In this document: one piece after another, positions 21,087-32,673 of the stretch
How the letters are laid out: each line of letters opens with the position of its first letter
Numbering within the stretch: position 1 is the stretch's first letter
DNA from: Synechococcus sp.
Lineage (GTDB): Bacteria; Cyanobacteriota; Cyanobacteriia; PCC-6307; Cyanobiaceae
NCBI GenBank assembly: GCA_047285805.1
Contig: JBJBCN010000002.1
Coordinates: forward strand, 896,001 to 960,000
Length of the DNA: 64,000 nucleotides
Reading direction: 5' to 3'
Notes under the pieces: model-generated
The model's input: the letters and a program-made list of their open reading frames with translations, nothing else
What the model was told of the DNA's origin: nothing
Databases searched by the model: none
Translations under genes and position numbers: made by a program

Positions 21087-22697
21087 TCAGAATTTGAAGG
21101 TGGTCTTGACCAAAGCGCCAAGGGCGCCGAATGAATCAGCACCAGTTCCGCCGTAGGTATCGTTCGTGCCAGTCAGCTCACCGAAGGGGCGAGACAGGTA
21201 ATAGACAGCAGGAGTAACAGTGACGTTGTCAGACACTGCGTATTGGTAATAGAGCTCCATTGCGTAATTCCCGTCTTGGGGAGTTGTGTTGCCGGAGCGT
21301 CCTGTCTCAAACTGAGGCTGACCGATGGCAAAGCCTAGAAGGTTGCCCTTAACGAAAGCATCTTTCCATCCCAAGCCAACCATCCAGTCCTGAGTCTGGA
21401 ATTTTTCACCAGTACCGAATTCGGTTTCGGAGCTGTCAAAGGCAGTCAAACCCCAGCCTGCGCTGACTGCAGGAATCCAGCCACGGTTCTGAGGTTGCCA
21501 CCAGGCATTCAGAGCAACGGCATTTGCCGAATCAAATCCGCGTGATACGGATGTGTTGCCGCTCCCCACAACAGTGGTATTTGCACCGAGCGGTGTGCCG
21601 TAGCCGACAGTCGCACCCTTCTGGATGTAGGCATAGGCAGCAGTCAGGTTCCAAAAGTTGGTGCCATATCCAGCTTGAGCTAAGAATTTTCCTTTGGACT
21701 GATCTGTGCCAATACCACCATTACCATTGCCACCATTTTTCGCTGTGTAGTTTGCACTTACGCTAAAGCGTGGCATCCCACTTCCTTTGTAGGCTTGCTT
21801 CCAGCTGACACCGGCTCCAGGTGATGTGCTCGCGCCATAAACTCCGTAGTAACCGCCAAGCTTGAACTGTTTGAGGATGGGTCGATAAACACTGGGTGTG
21901 CTGCCCAGCATGTAGTAATTCTCGATCAGTGGTCCAACCCAGACCTTGAGCTCATTGCCAACTGGGAATTGATACCAGAGCTTGTCGACCTTAAGGATGT
22001 TGCCAGTCTCCTTGGCAACATTGAGCATTGTTTGGTTGCCTGTGTAGCCCTTGCCCGAGAAGAAGTTTTTGTTGAAGTTGCCAGACCGCAGTCTGGTGTA
22101 AAGGAGGTCTTTGCCCGTAAAGCTTGTATCGAGATTTAGGGTCAAGCGGTAGTTGAACGTGACAACATCTTGACCGGTGTACTTACCACTGGATGTTGTC
22201 AGACCTGAGGTATCACCCGTGTAGGCCCCCCCACCAACGACAAAATCAGCCTTGCCGCGTAACTTGGTAGTAGTGGAGAACTGAGTAGCTTCCAGTTCGC
22301 CGACGCGGGCCTCGAGGCCATCAACGCGGCCGCGGAGCACAGCCAGCTCACGCTCGAATTCCTTCATCAGGCGCTTGAGCTCGTCAGTCACCTCAGTGAT
22401 CCGGTCGAGGCAAGCGTTCAGCAGTGCGGCCGCTTCATAGCGGGTCATCGCACGGTTGCCGCGATAGGTGCCGTTGGGGTAACCAGCGACGCAGCCGTAG
22501 CGCTCGATCAGGTTGCTCAGTGCCTGATAAGCCCAGTCGGTGGGCTGCACGTCGGAGAACTGGGTGATCGAAGTCACCTGCTCTTCGACGCCGTACTGGC
22601 TCAGGCCAGCAATGTTGACGTCAGCGGCGTTTGAAGCGACAGGAGCCAGAAGGCCCAGTGCTGCAGGCGCCAGAAGAAGCTTCTGGAACAGTTTCAT
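21087..22697 (-). CDS. som: Porin A: SomA/SomB-type outer-membrane porin (SLH + coiled coil + beta-barrel)
   Basis: FSDVQPTDWAYQAL SLH motif; TQFSTTTKL; LDTSFTGKDLLYTRLRSGN; terminal TTFKF. Confidence 0.93.
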   Translation of the reverse strand: MKLFQKLLLAPAALGLLAPVASNAADVNIAGLSQYGVEEQVTSITQFSDVQPTDWAYQALSNLIERYGCVAGYPNGTYRGNRAMTRYEAAALLNACLDRITEVTDELKRLMKEFERELAVLRGRVDGLEARVGELEATQFSTTTKLRGKADFVVGGGAYTGDTSGLTTSSGKYTGQDVVTFNYRLTLNLDTSFTGKDLLYTRLRSGNFNKNFFSGKGYTGNQTMLNVAKETGNILKVDKLWYQFPVGNELKVWVGPLIENYYMLGSTPSVYRPILKQFKLGGYYGVYGASTSPGAGVSWKQAYKGSGMPRFSVSANYTAKNGGNGNGGIGTDQSKGKFLAQAGYGTNFWNLTAAYAYIQKGATVGYGTPLGANTTVVGSGNTSVSRGFDSANAVALNAWWQPQNRGWIPAVSAGWGLTAFDSSETEFGTGEKFQTQDWMVGLGWKDAFVKGNLLGFAIGQPQFETGRSGNTTPQDGNYAMELYYQYAVSDNVTVTPAVYYLSRPFGELTGTNDTYGGTGADSFGALGALVKTTFKF

Positions 22698-22719
22698 TGG
22701 TCCTCACACCAATAGAGGA
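22288..22719. repeat. Left arm of a ~430 bp inverted repeat (partner 30826-31257)
   Basis: Hand alignment shows 4 mismatches over 22 nt of 5'UTR plus ~137 codons, with a 287 nt unbroken identity at 22288-22574. Confidence 0.95.
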
Positions 22720-22926
22720 GCCCTTACCAAAGCCGCTCGGACCCTATCCAAGCGGCGACTGAGGCAGCCCGCCAATAGGCACCAGGACACGTCGCAAATG
22801 TCACAGGCAGGCCTTAGGGAGAAGCGGCCAGATCAAGCCTTGAAGAAAAACAAGAAGACTCTCTATAGATCAGAGAGAAGATATTTAGAGGGACAGAAAC
22901 AAGAGCAAATACTCAGACCACAGATG

Positions 22927-22940
22927 GTATTGAGTGATAC
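22927..22940. promoter_or_regulatory. NtcA-type box
   Basis: GTA-TTGAGTGA-TAC matches GTA-N8-TAC, in a putative intergenic stretch. Confidence 0.5.
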
Positions 22941-23009
22941 ATTCAAGATGGACATAAGCGAGCCGACGCTTTCCATCCCCGTAAGAAGCCCAAGTAACCC
23001 AATAATTCC

Positions 23010-23216
23010 ATGGAAAAACGTCTTCTCAACCTCCGCGAGTCCCGCGACGTCCTACAACAACAACGCAGGAGAATTCGCGAAGAAAACCTGGCCAAAAACG
23101 CTTCCAGAATTTCAAAGCCCATCTCACTGTTTCAAGAAACAAGAGCCACATCCAAAAACACCGGGGTGATTCGGATCCTCAACCGCGTGGTTGCCAAGCT
23201 CACAAAAAGGCACTAG
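23010..23216 (+). CDS. Small basic hypothetical protein
   Basis: 68 aa ATG ORF; no family recognised. Confidence 0.4.
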   Translation: MEKRLLNLRESRDVLQQQRRRIREENLAKNASRISKPISLFQETRATSKNTGVIRILNRVVAKLTKRH

Positions 23217-23493
23217 GTCGCCCAACCCACGTTGCAGTTGGGCCAAGAAAAAAGGCCAAGCACCGGCCCGACCTCTCCTCGCCAGAACCGAAGTCCCGCG
23301 CAGCACGTAGTTAGGACTGGCGACAGAAGAAATCGAAAGCAAACAGGCCGATCCAACACAATGCAGCTGAGAGCCAAAGGGCTCTCGCAATTCACAGGCA
23401 TCGAGAAGGTGATGCAGCCGCAATCAGTTGTGCCCCAGGCGACACCACTGATCATCCTGGCTTGCGAACACTGTGGTCAATCTGAACCCACAA

Positions 23494-24414
23494 ATGGGCT
23501 TTCCTGCCTTTGTTGCTCTACTGCTGCACTTCGCATAGGGGCTGCTGCTGAGCCGTATCCGCTTCTGCATGGTGGGGACTGTTGGCCAAGCCCTCCTGGG
23601 CGAATGGGCTGATACACAAGCCACCTTGATCATCTGCTCAATGATCACCGGTGTGCAGCTGCTCGCCGGGCTCGCCGAACACCGCCTCTTGGAGCATACG
23701 GCGCTCCATTGCATGTGCTCGCAGGAGGCCTGCTGTTTGGTGTCACAGCGGTCTAGAACAAAGGGTGCTTTGTCGTCACGAGTATTCAGCTGATGGCTGG
23801 CGACCTGCGCGGTTTGATCAGCGTGGCGGGCTGGATCCTGGGTTTTCGCCTCCTCGGCTCCCCCATGGTGGTACCCGCCCTGCCTTCGAGTGATGGCCGA
23901 GCCTTCATCACATTGACTGTCCTGGTGATTCCTCTGCTGGTTCTGCTGTGGAGAAACCGGCTGCGGTCATCCGCAGGCCTCCAGAAGCAAAGGTGGACTG
24001 GCGATCCTCCGTCCTTTGCAGCGTGATGTTGGGTTTGCTTGATAAGAACCTCTGGAAGTGGAATCCATCAGCCGTTGCCATGGCCCTGTCTCAACCCATG
24101 GCCCTCTTGTAGGCCTGGCAACAGGGGCAGGGGCATGTGGTCTTTGGCTTGATGCTCTTGGTCGGAATGCTTGCTAACGCGCTCATTCAACGGCGTTGGC
24201 GCTGGAGAGCGGTCGACTGGCGAGTCGACCCCGCCTTGGCTACAGCATGGCCATCGGGGCCGTCCCCGCTATGGGAGGCGATGAAACTCAATTGTTGCGG
24301 TACCTGCCCAATGGCTCGCCTAAAGGTTGGCTGGCCGTTCCAGCCATGGTGGTTGGAATCGTCGCGGGATTCAGATTGCTGAAGAGCTCAACATCAAACA
24401 GAACTGAGGCCTGA
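23494..24414 (+). pseudogene. YeeE/YedE (thiosulfate/sulfur transporter family) pseudogene
   Basis: Fragments in different frames: FA*GLLLSRIRFCMVG (TAG 23536), GGLLFGVTAV*NKGCFV...AGDLRGL, and MGGDETQLLRYLPNGSPKGWLAVPAMVVGI. Confidence 0.75.
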
Positions 24415-24655
24415 CAGCAACCGGCAGCGTAGCCATCGTGAGCCCAATAGTCTGATGCTCGATGGGAAAAGCTTCTGATCTGCGCTGTCGCCCTGATGGC
24501 CTTAGCCCCGTCCATCGCATGGAGAGGCAACGTGGACATCAACGAGTTCACCAATTAGCTAAATAAGGACCGACAAACAGAGCTGAACGCTTGCCGGGAA
24601 GAGCCATTGTCAGAGGATCAAGAAATCGATCCGGCCTGCTGGCACTAACGACCAT

Positions 24656-24685
24656 AAAAAAGCCGGCCTTTGGGCCGGCTTTTTT
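24656..24685. terminator. Bidirectional terminator downstream of glnN
   Basis: AAAAAA-GCCGGCC-TTTG-GGCCGGC-TTTTTT. Confidence 0.9.
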
Positions 24686-24722
24686 GCGATCAAGGGATGC
24701 TGACTCGCCACAGGCTCGTCGC

Positions 24723-26891
<2,169 letters not shown>

Positions 26892-27245
26892 GGCCACTTT
26901 GGTATCAGTGTGACACCATCATCGGGGACGGCCTGCCAGCTAGCGCAGGGTGCGCCAGTCGCCAGTGGGCGTACGGCGCTCAAGGCCCACAAACTGGCTC
27001 ATCAATTGCTCCTGCCGCTCGACGGGGAATGCCGGATCGATCAGGCCCTGATGGACCAGCCAAGCCAATGCGGTGCTCTGGGCCAGCTCATGCTCTGAAA
27101 CAAATCATGAGCACTGGATGGGGCTCGCCGACTCGATGCGTCAGCCGGAATTCCACGGTGAAAGGACTCAAGAGGGTGATGGCTCCAAGCGTCGCCGCAA
27201 CGGCAGATCAGTGCAGCAACGCAGAACACAGCCGCGCGTGTCCCG

Positions 27246-27938
27246 CTAACTCAGCTCAAAGAGCAGCAGATCCACTCCCTCCGCTCCAGCCTCAAGGGAA
27301 GGCAGGGCCTTGCCGGCCAAGAGGCCCAGGCCATCGCCGCGGCTCAGGGGCTGAGGGGCCGCCAGGCCGCCGTTGATGATCTGAATCCAACTGGCGCATC
27401 GTTCGGAGGCCGGCCAAGGCAGTTGGGTTCCGGCTTCCACCTGCGCCCGCCAGAGCCGCACGGGCCGATGGATCGCCATCGCCTCGCCAATGGCTTCGGG
27501 ATCAATCAGAGGTGTCCAGCCCTGCTGCAGAGCGAAAGGTTTCTGTTCGTAGGCAGGGTCAATGCCGGCTGTGGCCGGTTCGATCCAGATCTGCAGCAGA
27601 CGGCAAGGGGCTTTCCCGCCGTTGAGCTCGCTGTGGACCACGCCAGTGCCGGCACTCATACGCTGCACTTCGCCAGCGCGCAGCACCTCGGCGTGGCCCA
27701 TGGAGTCGCGGTGGTGCAACTCTCCCTCGACCATCACCGTGATGATCTCCATATCCCGGTGCGGGTGCATGCCGAACCCCTTGCCCGCGGCAATCACGTC
27801 GTCGTTAATGACGCGCAGGGGACCAAAGCCCATCCAAGCCGGGTCGTAGTGGCTCGAGAAGGAGAAGCTGTGCCAGCTGTCGAGCCAATCGAGCTGGCTG
27901 TGAAAACGCTCAGCTGCAGGGCGCAACAGCGGGGGCAT
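27246..27938 (-). CDS. Pirin-family protein (YhhW-like)
   Basis: WLDSWHSFSF, GFGMHPHRDMEI and MSAGTGVVHSE motifs. Confidence 0.92.
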   Translation of the reverse strand: MPPLLRPAAERFHSQLDWLDSWHSFSFSSHYDPAWMGFGPLRVINDDVIAAGKGFGMHPHRDMEIITVMVEGELHHRDSMGHAEVLRAGEVQRMSAGTGVVHSELNGGKAPCRLLQIWIEPATAGIDPAYEQKPFALQQGWTPLIDPEAIGEAMAIHRPVRLWRAQVEAGTQLPWPASERCASWIQIINGGLAAPQPLSRGDGLGLLAGKALPSLEAGAEGVDLLLFELS

Positions 27939-28447
27939 TACTGGGGGGCTTGAAGCGTCTGCAGTCTGGTGAGCAGATCCGCAATGCTGTCGTCCTTGGC
28001 CGGGTGGTTGGCGTTGCTGACCAGCTGACGGCCAACGACGTGGGAGCCCAAGTGCGCCAGCTGGAGGCGCAGGGCGGTCATGACCATGGTGCCACCACCG
28101 CCGGAGTGGGTGGCGATGACCACCGGCCGGCCATTGAAGAGAGTACGGAAGTCACTTCCCTGGACCGAGAGCCAAGCGATGGCGCTGGTGAGCACCGGCG
28201 GAATCGAGCCGTTGTATTCCGGGGCGCAGATCACCCAGCGAGAGGTATCCATGAGCTTCTGCTGGATAGCAGCCAAAGCCGCCGGAGTGCCCTGCTCCTG
28301 GGCCCGCGGCGTAAACAGCGGCAGATCAACAGCGGTCAGGTCCAGCACCTCAGCGCTGCGGCCTTGGCTTCGGGCGGTCGCCGCAAAGCGTTCCGCCAAC
28401 TTGAGGTTTTCCCCGTTGCTCGCGGCCAGGACGAGAAGGTCAGCCAT
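27938..28447 (-). CDS. NADPH-dependent FMN reductase
   Basis: APEYNGSIPP motif; flavodoxin-like fold pattern. Confidence 0.88.
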   Translation of the reverse strand: MADLLVLAASNGENLKLAERFAATARSQGRSAEVLDLTAVDLPLFTPRAQEQGTPAALAAIQQKLMDTSRWVICAPEYNGSIPPVLTSAIAWLSVQGSDFRTLFNGRPVVIATHSGGGGTMVMTALRLQLAHLGSHVVGRQLVSNANHPAKDDSIADLLTRLQTLQAPQ

Positions 28448-29673
28448 TACTTCACACCAGGGATAAAGCGACGCTCGTGGTCACCGCCCTTGAGCATCCG
28501 GTTCCAATAGACCCAGGGCAACACCGCGGTCTTCATGACCCACATGCTCCAGCGTTCCTTGGTGGGATCCAGGGGGAAGGAGGGAACGGGCTGCTGCTGG
28601 TAGTTGAACTCGGCCATGATCGTCTTGCCGTAACCGGTGATCAGCGGGCAGCAGCTGTAACCGTCGTAGGAACCCTGACCCTGGCCACCCTCGAGCTGGG
28701 CGATCAGGTTGGTCACTAGAACCGGGGCCTGACCGCGAACCGCGGCGGCGGTCTTGGAGTTGGGCATTCCGCTGACATCGCCAATGGCGAAGACGTTCGG
28801 GAAACGAACATGTTGGAGGTTGTGCTTACCCACCTCGACAAAACCACTGGAGGCAGCCAGGGGGCTTTGGGCGACGACGTCGGGGGCCGTCATCGGCGGG
28901 GTGACGTGCAGAAGCGCGTAGTTGATGACTTCCTCGCGGGGCTCTTCACCTTCTTTGCTGACCTTGAAGACCGCCTCTTTGCTGTCGGGACGGACTTCGA
29001 TCAGGGTGTGGGAGTAGCGGGCATCAATGCCCTTCCGCGCGACCACCTCCCGCAGGGGTACCGCATAGGTCGGAACCCCAAAGATTCCTGGGGTGGCCGT
29101 GGCGTAGATGACCTTGCTCTTGGCGGCGATCGCTGGATCGCGATTGATGGCGTCGACGGCCAGATAGGCGATCTTTTGGGGCGCCCCGGGGCACTTGATT
29201 GGCATCGGCGCGCAGGTGAAGACCGCGTTACCGCCCTTGAAGTTCTGGATGCACTCCCAGGTGTAAGCCGCGAAATCCTTGGAGTAGTTGCTGCAGACCC
29301 CGCCTTTGCCCAGGGCATCCGGGAGGCCCTTGATGGCATCCCATTTGAGCTTCATGCCGGTGGCCACGACGAGCGCGTCGTAGCTGATGGTTTGGCCGCT
29401 GCTCGTGCTGACGCGGTTGCTCTCAGGCGCGAAACCTGCCACGGACTCACGGATCCAGGTGACGCCAGCGGGGATCAGGCTGGCCTCATTTCGGTGGGTC
29501 TGCTCGAGGCTGAAGACCCCGCTACCCACCAGGGTCCAACCCGGTTGGTAGTAGTGATCGCTCGAGGGCTCAAGGATGGCGATATCCAAGGCCGGACGGG
29601 CTTTCTTGAGGCGAGCTGCCACCGTGATTCCGGCGGCACCGCCGCCTACGATCAATACCTGGTAGTGGCGCAT
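28447..29673 (-). CDS. sqr: Sulfide:quinone oxidoreductase (type II-like)
   Basis: GGGAAG, HYYQPGWTLVG, IKCPGAPQK, SKTAAAV and YDGYSCCPLITG motifs. Confidence 0.85.
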   Translation of the reverse strand: MRHYQVLIVGGGAAGITVAARLKKARPALDIAILEPSSDHYYQPGWTLVGSGVFSLEQTHRNEASLIPAGVTWIRESVAGFAPESNRVSTSSGQTISYDALVVATGMKLKWDAIKGLPDALGKGGVCSNYSKDFAAYTWECIQNFKGGNAVFTCAPMPIKCPGAPQKIAYLAVDAINRDPAIAAKSKVIYATATPGIFGVPTYAVPLREVVARKGIDARYSHTLIEVRPDSKEAVFKVSKEGEEPREEVINYALLHVTPPMTAPDVVAQSPLAASSGFVEVGKHNLQHVRFPNVFAIGDVSGMPNSKTAAAVRGQAPVLVTNLIAQLEGGQGQGSYDGYSCCPLITGYGKTIMAEFNYQQQPVPSFPLDPTKERWSMWVMKTAVLPWVYWNRMLKGGDHERRFIPGVK

Positions 29674-29959
29674 GGCCGCCGAAAGAAGACGCGCTTATCC
29701 CAGATCTAACCAGAGGGGGCGAACTCGGCAGCCCTGCTTCGGGATTCAAAGCCGCAATAGATAAATCAGTAATGAGTCCAAGCGGCCGAGACCTAAGCGG
29801 AAATGCCCATTCAGCTTCTCTTACGCATAACGATTTCGACTTGACACCCATTGTTTCTGGGGTCGATGCAAGATCGATGGACCACGACAACTTGCAGAAC
29901 CTCGAAGCGAGCCCAGGTAGCGACCCGTGGTCCTATGCAGTGAGCTTCAGTGAAATCAA

Positions 29960-30547
29960 CTACTCGCCGGCGCCGTTGATTTCGATCACCCAGCTGCCCA
30001 GGTAGCCCGAGATCGGAACTGCACCAGGGGCCTGACCGAGGGCGTTGAACTGATACATCCCAGCGCTCGGGTTGAAGATCTGCATGTAGACGCCGATGGT
30101 GGACCCGGTCGGCACAGGCCGATCGGGGAAGATCTCAATCGAAGTGCCATCGGGGGTGACCTCCACAGTCGCCGGAATCGTCTCAAGACAACGGGTCCTC
30201 GAGACAACGCCGCCCTTCTTGATCGTGCAAAGACTCACGTCTGAGGGGTTGATCTTGGCGTCGAAATAGGAGGGAACGGAAATCGCGAGCTTCAGCAGGG
30301 CGGTTTTGCGGTCTTTCGGACCCAACACCAAGTAGTAATCCGAGCGAGCTTCCGCATCCGCCAGAGTCAAGAAGTAGTAAAGCTTCCTGAATTCGCGAGA
30401 GTTATCCCAACGAAACTCGAAGCCCGAGCTCGAGCCTGCCTGCGCGTAAGCGACTGGTGCTGACAAGGGAGCTGCCAGTGCCAAGCAAAACGTCGAGAGC
30501 GGCAGCAGACGTTTGATCAACTGGGTGGGGCTATTACGCATGGCCAA
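29960..30547 (-). CDS. DUF2808-family secreted protein
   Basis: Signal peptide; IFPDRPVP, NPSAGMYQFNA and YLGSW motifs. Confidence 0.8.
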   Translation of the reverse strand: MAMRNSPTQLIKRLLPLSTFCLALAAPLSAPVAYAQAGSSSGFEFRWDNSREFRKLYYFLTLADAEARSDYYLVLGPKDRKTALLKLAISVPSYFDAKINPSDVSLCTIKKGGVVSRTRCLETIPATVEVTPDGTSIEIFPDRPVPTGSTIGVYMQIFNPSAGMYQFNALGQAPGAVPISGYLGSWVIEINGAGE

Positions 30548-30665
30548 ACTTTATCGAGTGAAGCCCCATCCCAATCCAGGACAGCCGATCAACTGACTGG
30601 AGAAGAGAGTAGATCGCCTCAACAACAAGGAAGACGACCAAGGGATTGGAACGGGGTCCTACCAA

Positions 30666-30706
30666 CAGTTAAAGGGCGGTTAAGAGCGCTTAAACAAACA
30701 TTTAAG
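30666..30706. promoter_or_regulatory. Pho-box-like TTAA repeats between DUF2808 and porin B
   Basis: TTAA at 30669, 30680, 30690 and 30702; minus strand reads CTTAACC/TTTAACT, matching the cyanobacterial PyTTAAPyPy box. Confidence 0.6.
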
Positions 30707-30825
30707 ACCCGCAATAGCGAGAACCAGTATGTATGCAGGCACACAATCTGCATACAGCCATGATTACCGAATGGTAATTTTTCGGCAGCTAATTTTCAGC
30801 TGACTCTTTTTTAAGTCGTCCCAAT

Positions 30826-31257
30826 TCCTCTATTGGTGTGAGGACCAATGAAACTGTTCCAGAAGCTTCTTCTGGCGCCTGCAGCTCTGGGCCTTCTGGC
30901 TCCTGTTGCTGCAAACGCCGCTGACGTCAACATTGCTGGCCTGAGCCAGTACGGCGTCGAAGAGCAGGTTACTTCGATCACCCAGTTCTCCGACGTGCAG
31001 CCCACCGACTGGGCTTATCAGGCACTGAGCAACCTGATCGAGCGCTACGGCTGCGTCGCTGGTTACCCCAACGGCACCTATCGCGGCAACCGTGCGATGA
31101 CCCGCTATGAAGCGGCCGCACTGCTGAACGCTTGCCTCGACCGGATCACTGAGGTGACTGACGAGCTCAAGCGCCTGATGAAGGAATTCGAGCGTGAGCT
31201 GGCTGTGCTCCGCGGCCGCGTTGATGGCCTCGAGGCCCGCGTCGGCGAACTGGAAGC
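30826..31257. repeat. Right arm of the ~430 bp inverted repeat (partner 22288-22719)
   Basis: 30971-31257 is the exact reverse complement of 22288-22574. Confidence 0.95.
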
Positions 31258-32521
31258 CACCCAGTTCTCCACCACCACCAAGCTCCAAGGCGACTACTAC
31301 TGGGCCCTGGGCGGCGTCACCGCAACCGGCGGCAGCAGCAACAGCACCGGCACCGGCACCGGCAGCCGCGACTACTACAACGCTAACTATGCGGCGTTGC
31401 ACATGGTCTACGACGCCCGTCTGAACCTCAAGACGAGCTTCACCGGCAAGGACCTGCTGTACACCCGCCTGCGCGCAGGCAACTTCGACGACAGCCCCTT
31501 TGATGGCAACGGCTTCAAGCTGACCAAGTTCGACAAGGCTGAAGCCACTGAGAACATCATCAAGGTCAGCCGTCTCTATTACCGCTTCCCCGTCGGTAAA
31601 GAGTTCAAAATCGCCGTTGGCCCCATTGCTCGTAACACCGAGTTCCTGGGTACCAAGCCCTTCTATTACAAGGGTTGGTCTGGTCTGGACTTCTTCCAGC
31701 TGAACGGCGCTCCTGGCACCTACAACAAGATCACCGGCAGCCTGCTGGGTGCGATCTGGAAGCAGAAAGTGAAGAAGGGCCAGCCCTACTTCACCGCCTC
31801 AACCAGCTACGTCACCCCCAAAGGCTCCAACGGCAGCCCTGAGTCGGGTGGTATCGCCACCAAGTTCAGCAAGTCGAGCTGGCTGACCCAGCTGGCCTAC
31901 AACCAGAAGCAGTGGAAAGCCACCTTCGGCTGGAACTACACCCAGTGCGGCAACAAAGCTCGCAGCGGCACACAGGCCTCTGTCCAATCTCAGGCATGTG
32001 ATTACGACGGCAGCGCCTACACCAACGCTTTCGCTGGTGGTCTGGCCTGGCGTCCTAAGAAGACCGGCCTGATTCCTTCGATCAGTGCTGGATATGGCTA
32101 CAACGCCGTTGCCTACAGCAACATGAGCGTTGCTGGCATGAGCAACACGGGTGCTGCACTCTCCTCTGACGGCTCCACCAACATCGCTGACAACCTCAAC
32201 GACAAGAACATCGCCGCAACCCAGTCCTGGACTGTGGGTCTGCAGTGGGATGACGCCTTCGTCAAGGGCAACACCGGCGGCTTCGCCATCGGTCAGCCCA
32301 CCTTCGTGACCGCCACCCGTAACGGCACTACCCCGTTCGACGCCGGCTATGTCATGGAAGGCTTCTACAAGTTCCAGGTCAGCGACAACATCGCTGTCAC
32401 CCCGGTGCTCTTCTACATGAGCAACCCCAGCTCCTCCGGTGCTGGCCACGACCAGACCAGCGGCCAAGGCTCCAACCTCGGCGTCTTCGGTGGCGCGCTG
32501 ACCATCCGCATCAAGTTCTGA
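30848..32521 (+). CDS. som: Porin B: SomA/SomB-type outer-membrane porin
   Basis: Same SLH N-terminus as porin A with a different barrel; TSFTGKDLLYTRLRAGN; terminal IRIKF; strongly C-ending codons. Confidence 0.93.
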   Translation: MKLFQKLLLAPAALGLLAPVAANAADVNIAGLSQYGVEEQVTSITQFSDVQPTDWAYQALSNLIERYGCVAGYPNGTYRGNRAMTRYEAAALLNACLDRITEVTDELKRLMKEFERELAVLRGRVDGLEARVGELEATQFSTTTKLQGDYYWALGGVTATGGSSNSTGTGTGSRDYYNANYAALHMVYDARLNLKTSFTGKDLLYTRLRAGNFDDSPFDGNGFKLTKFDKAEATENIIKVSRLYYRFPVGKEFKIAVGPIARNTEFLGTKPFYYKGWSGLDFFQLNGAPGTYNKITGSLLGAIWKQKVKKGQPYFTASTSYVTPKGSNGSPESGGIATKFSKSSWLTQLAYNQKQWKATFGWNYTQCGNKARSGTQASVQSQACDYDGSAYTNAFAGGLAWRPKKTGLIPSISAGYGYNAVAYSNMSVAGMSNTGAALSSDGSTNIADNLNDKNIAATQSWTVGLQWDDAFVKGNTGGFAIGQPTFVTATRNGTTPFDAGYVMEGFYKFQVSDNIAVTPVLFYMSNPSSSGAGHDQTSGQGSNLGVFGGALTIRIKF

Positions 32522-32579
32522 TCTTGCGATCGGAGCAAGACTCACACTCCTGAAGCACAACTCACACACCAAACCCATC

Positions 32580-32608
32580 AGCCTCCTGCTTCGGCAGGGG
32601 GCTTTTTT
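32580..32608 (+). terminator. Terminator of porin B
   Basis: GCCTCCTGC-TTCG-GCAGGGGGC-TTTTTT. Confidence 0.88.
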
Positions 32609-32673
32609 CTGCCCGTAGCAATCGCCAAGCGAGGGGCGCCGCTTTAGTGTGGGTTTCAGGACAAAGCAACGGC

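Noticed and set aside
23330..23420. Rhodanese remnant (TGRSNTMQLRAKGLSQ) upstream of the YeeE/YedE pseudogene
   Set aside because: Similarity too short and the catalytic Cys is absent; cannot be supported without a search
26901..26917. GGTATCA-GTG-TGACACC before glnN as an NtcA site
   Set aside because: Spacing is GTA-N9-CAC rather than GTA-N8-TAC, and it sits over the RBS region; it is an imperfect palindrome only
26940..27245. Glutamine riboswitch or structured leader upstream of glnN
   Set aside because: The hairpin at ~26961-26998 lacks the glnA-motif consensus as I recall it, and the region may be a degenerate small ORF; an Rfam scan would settle it
31325..31366. GGCACC-type short repeats in porin B as a contingency locus
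   Set aside because: Only 2-3 in-frame units encoding a Gly/Thr/Ser loop
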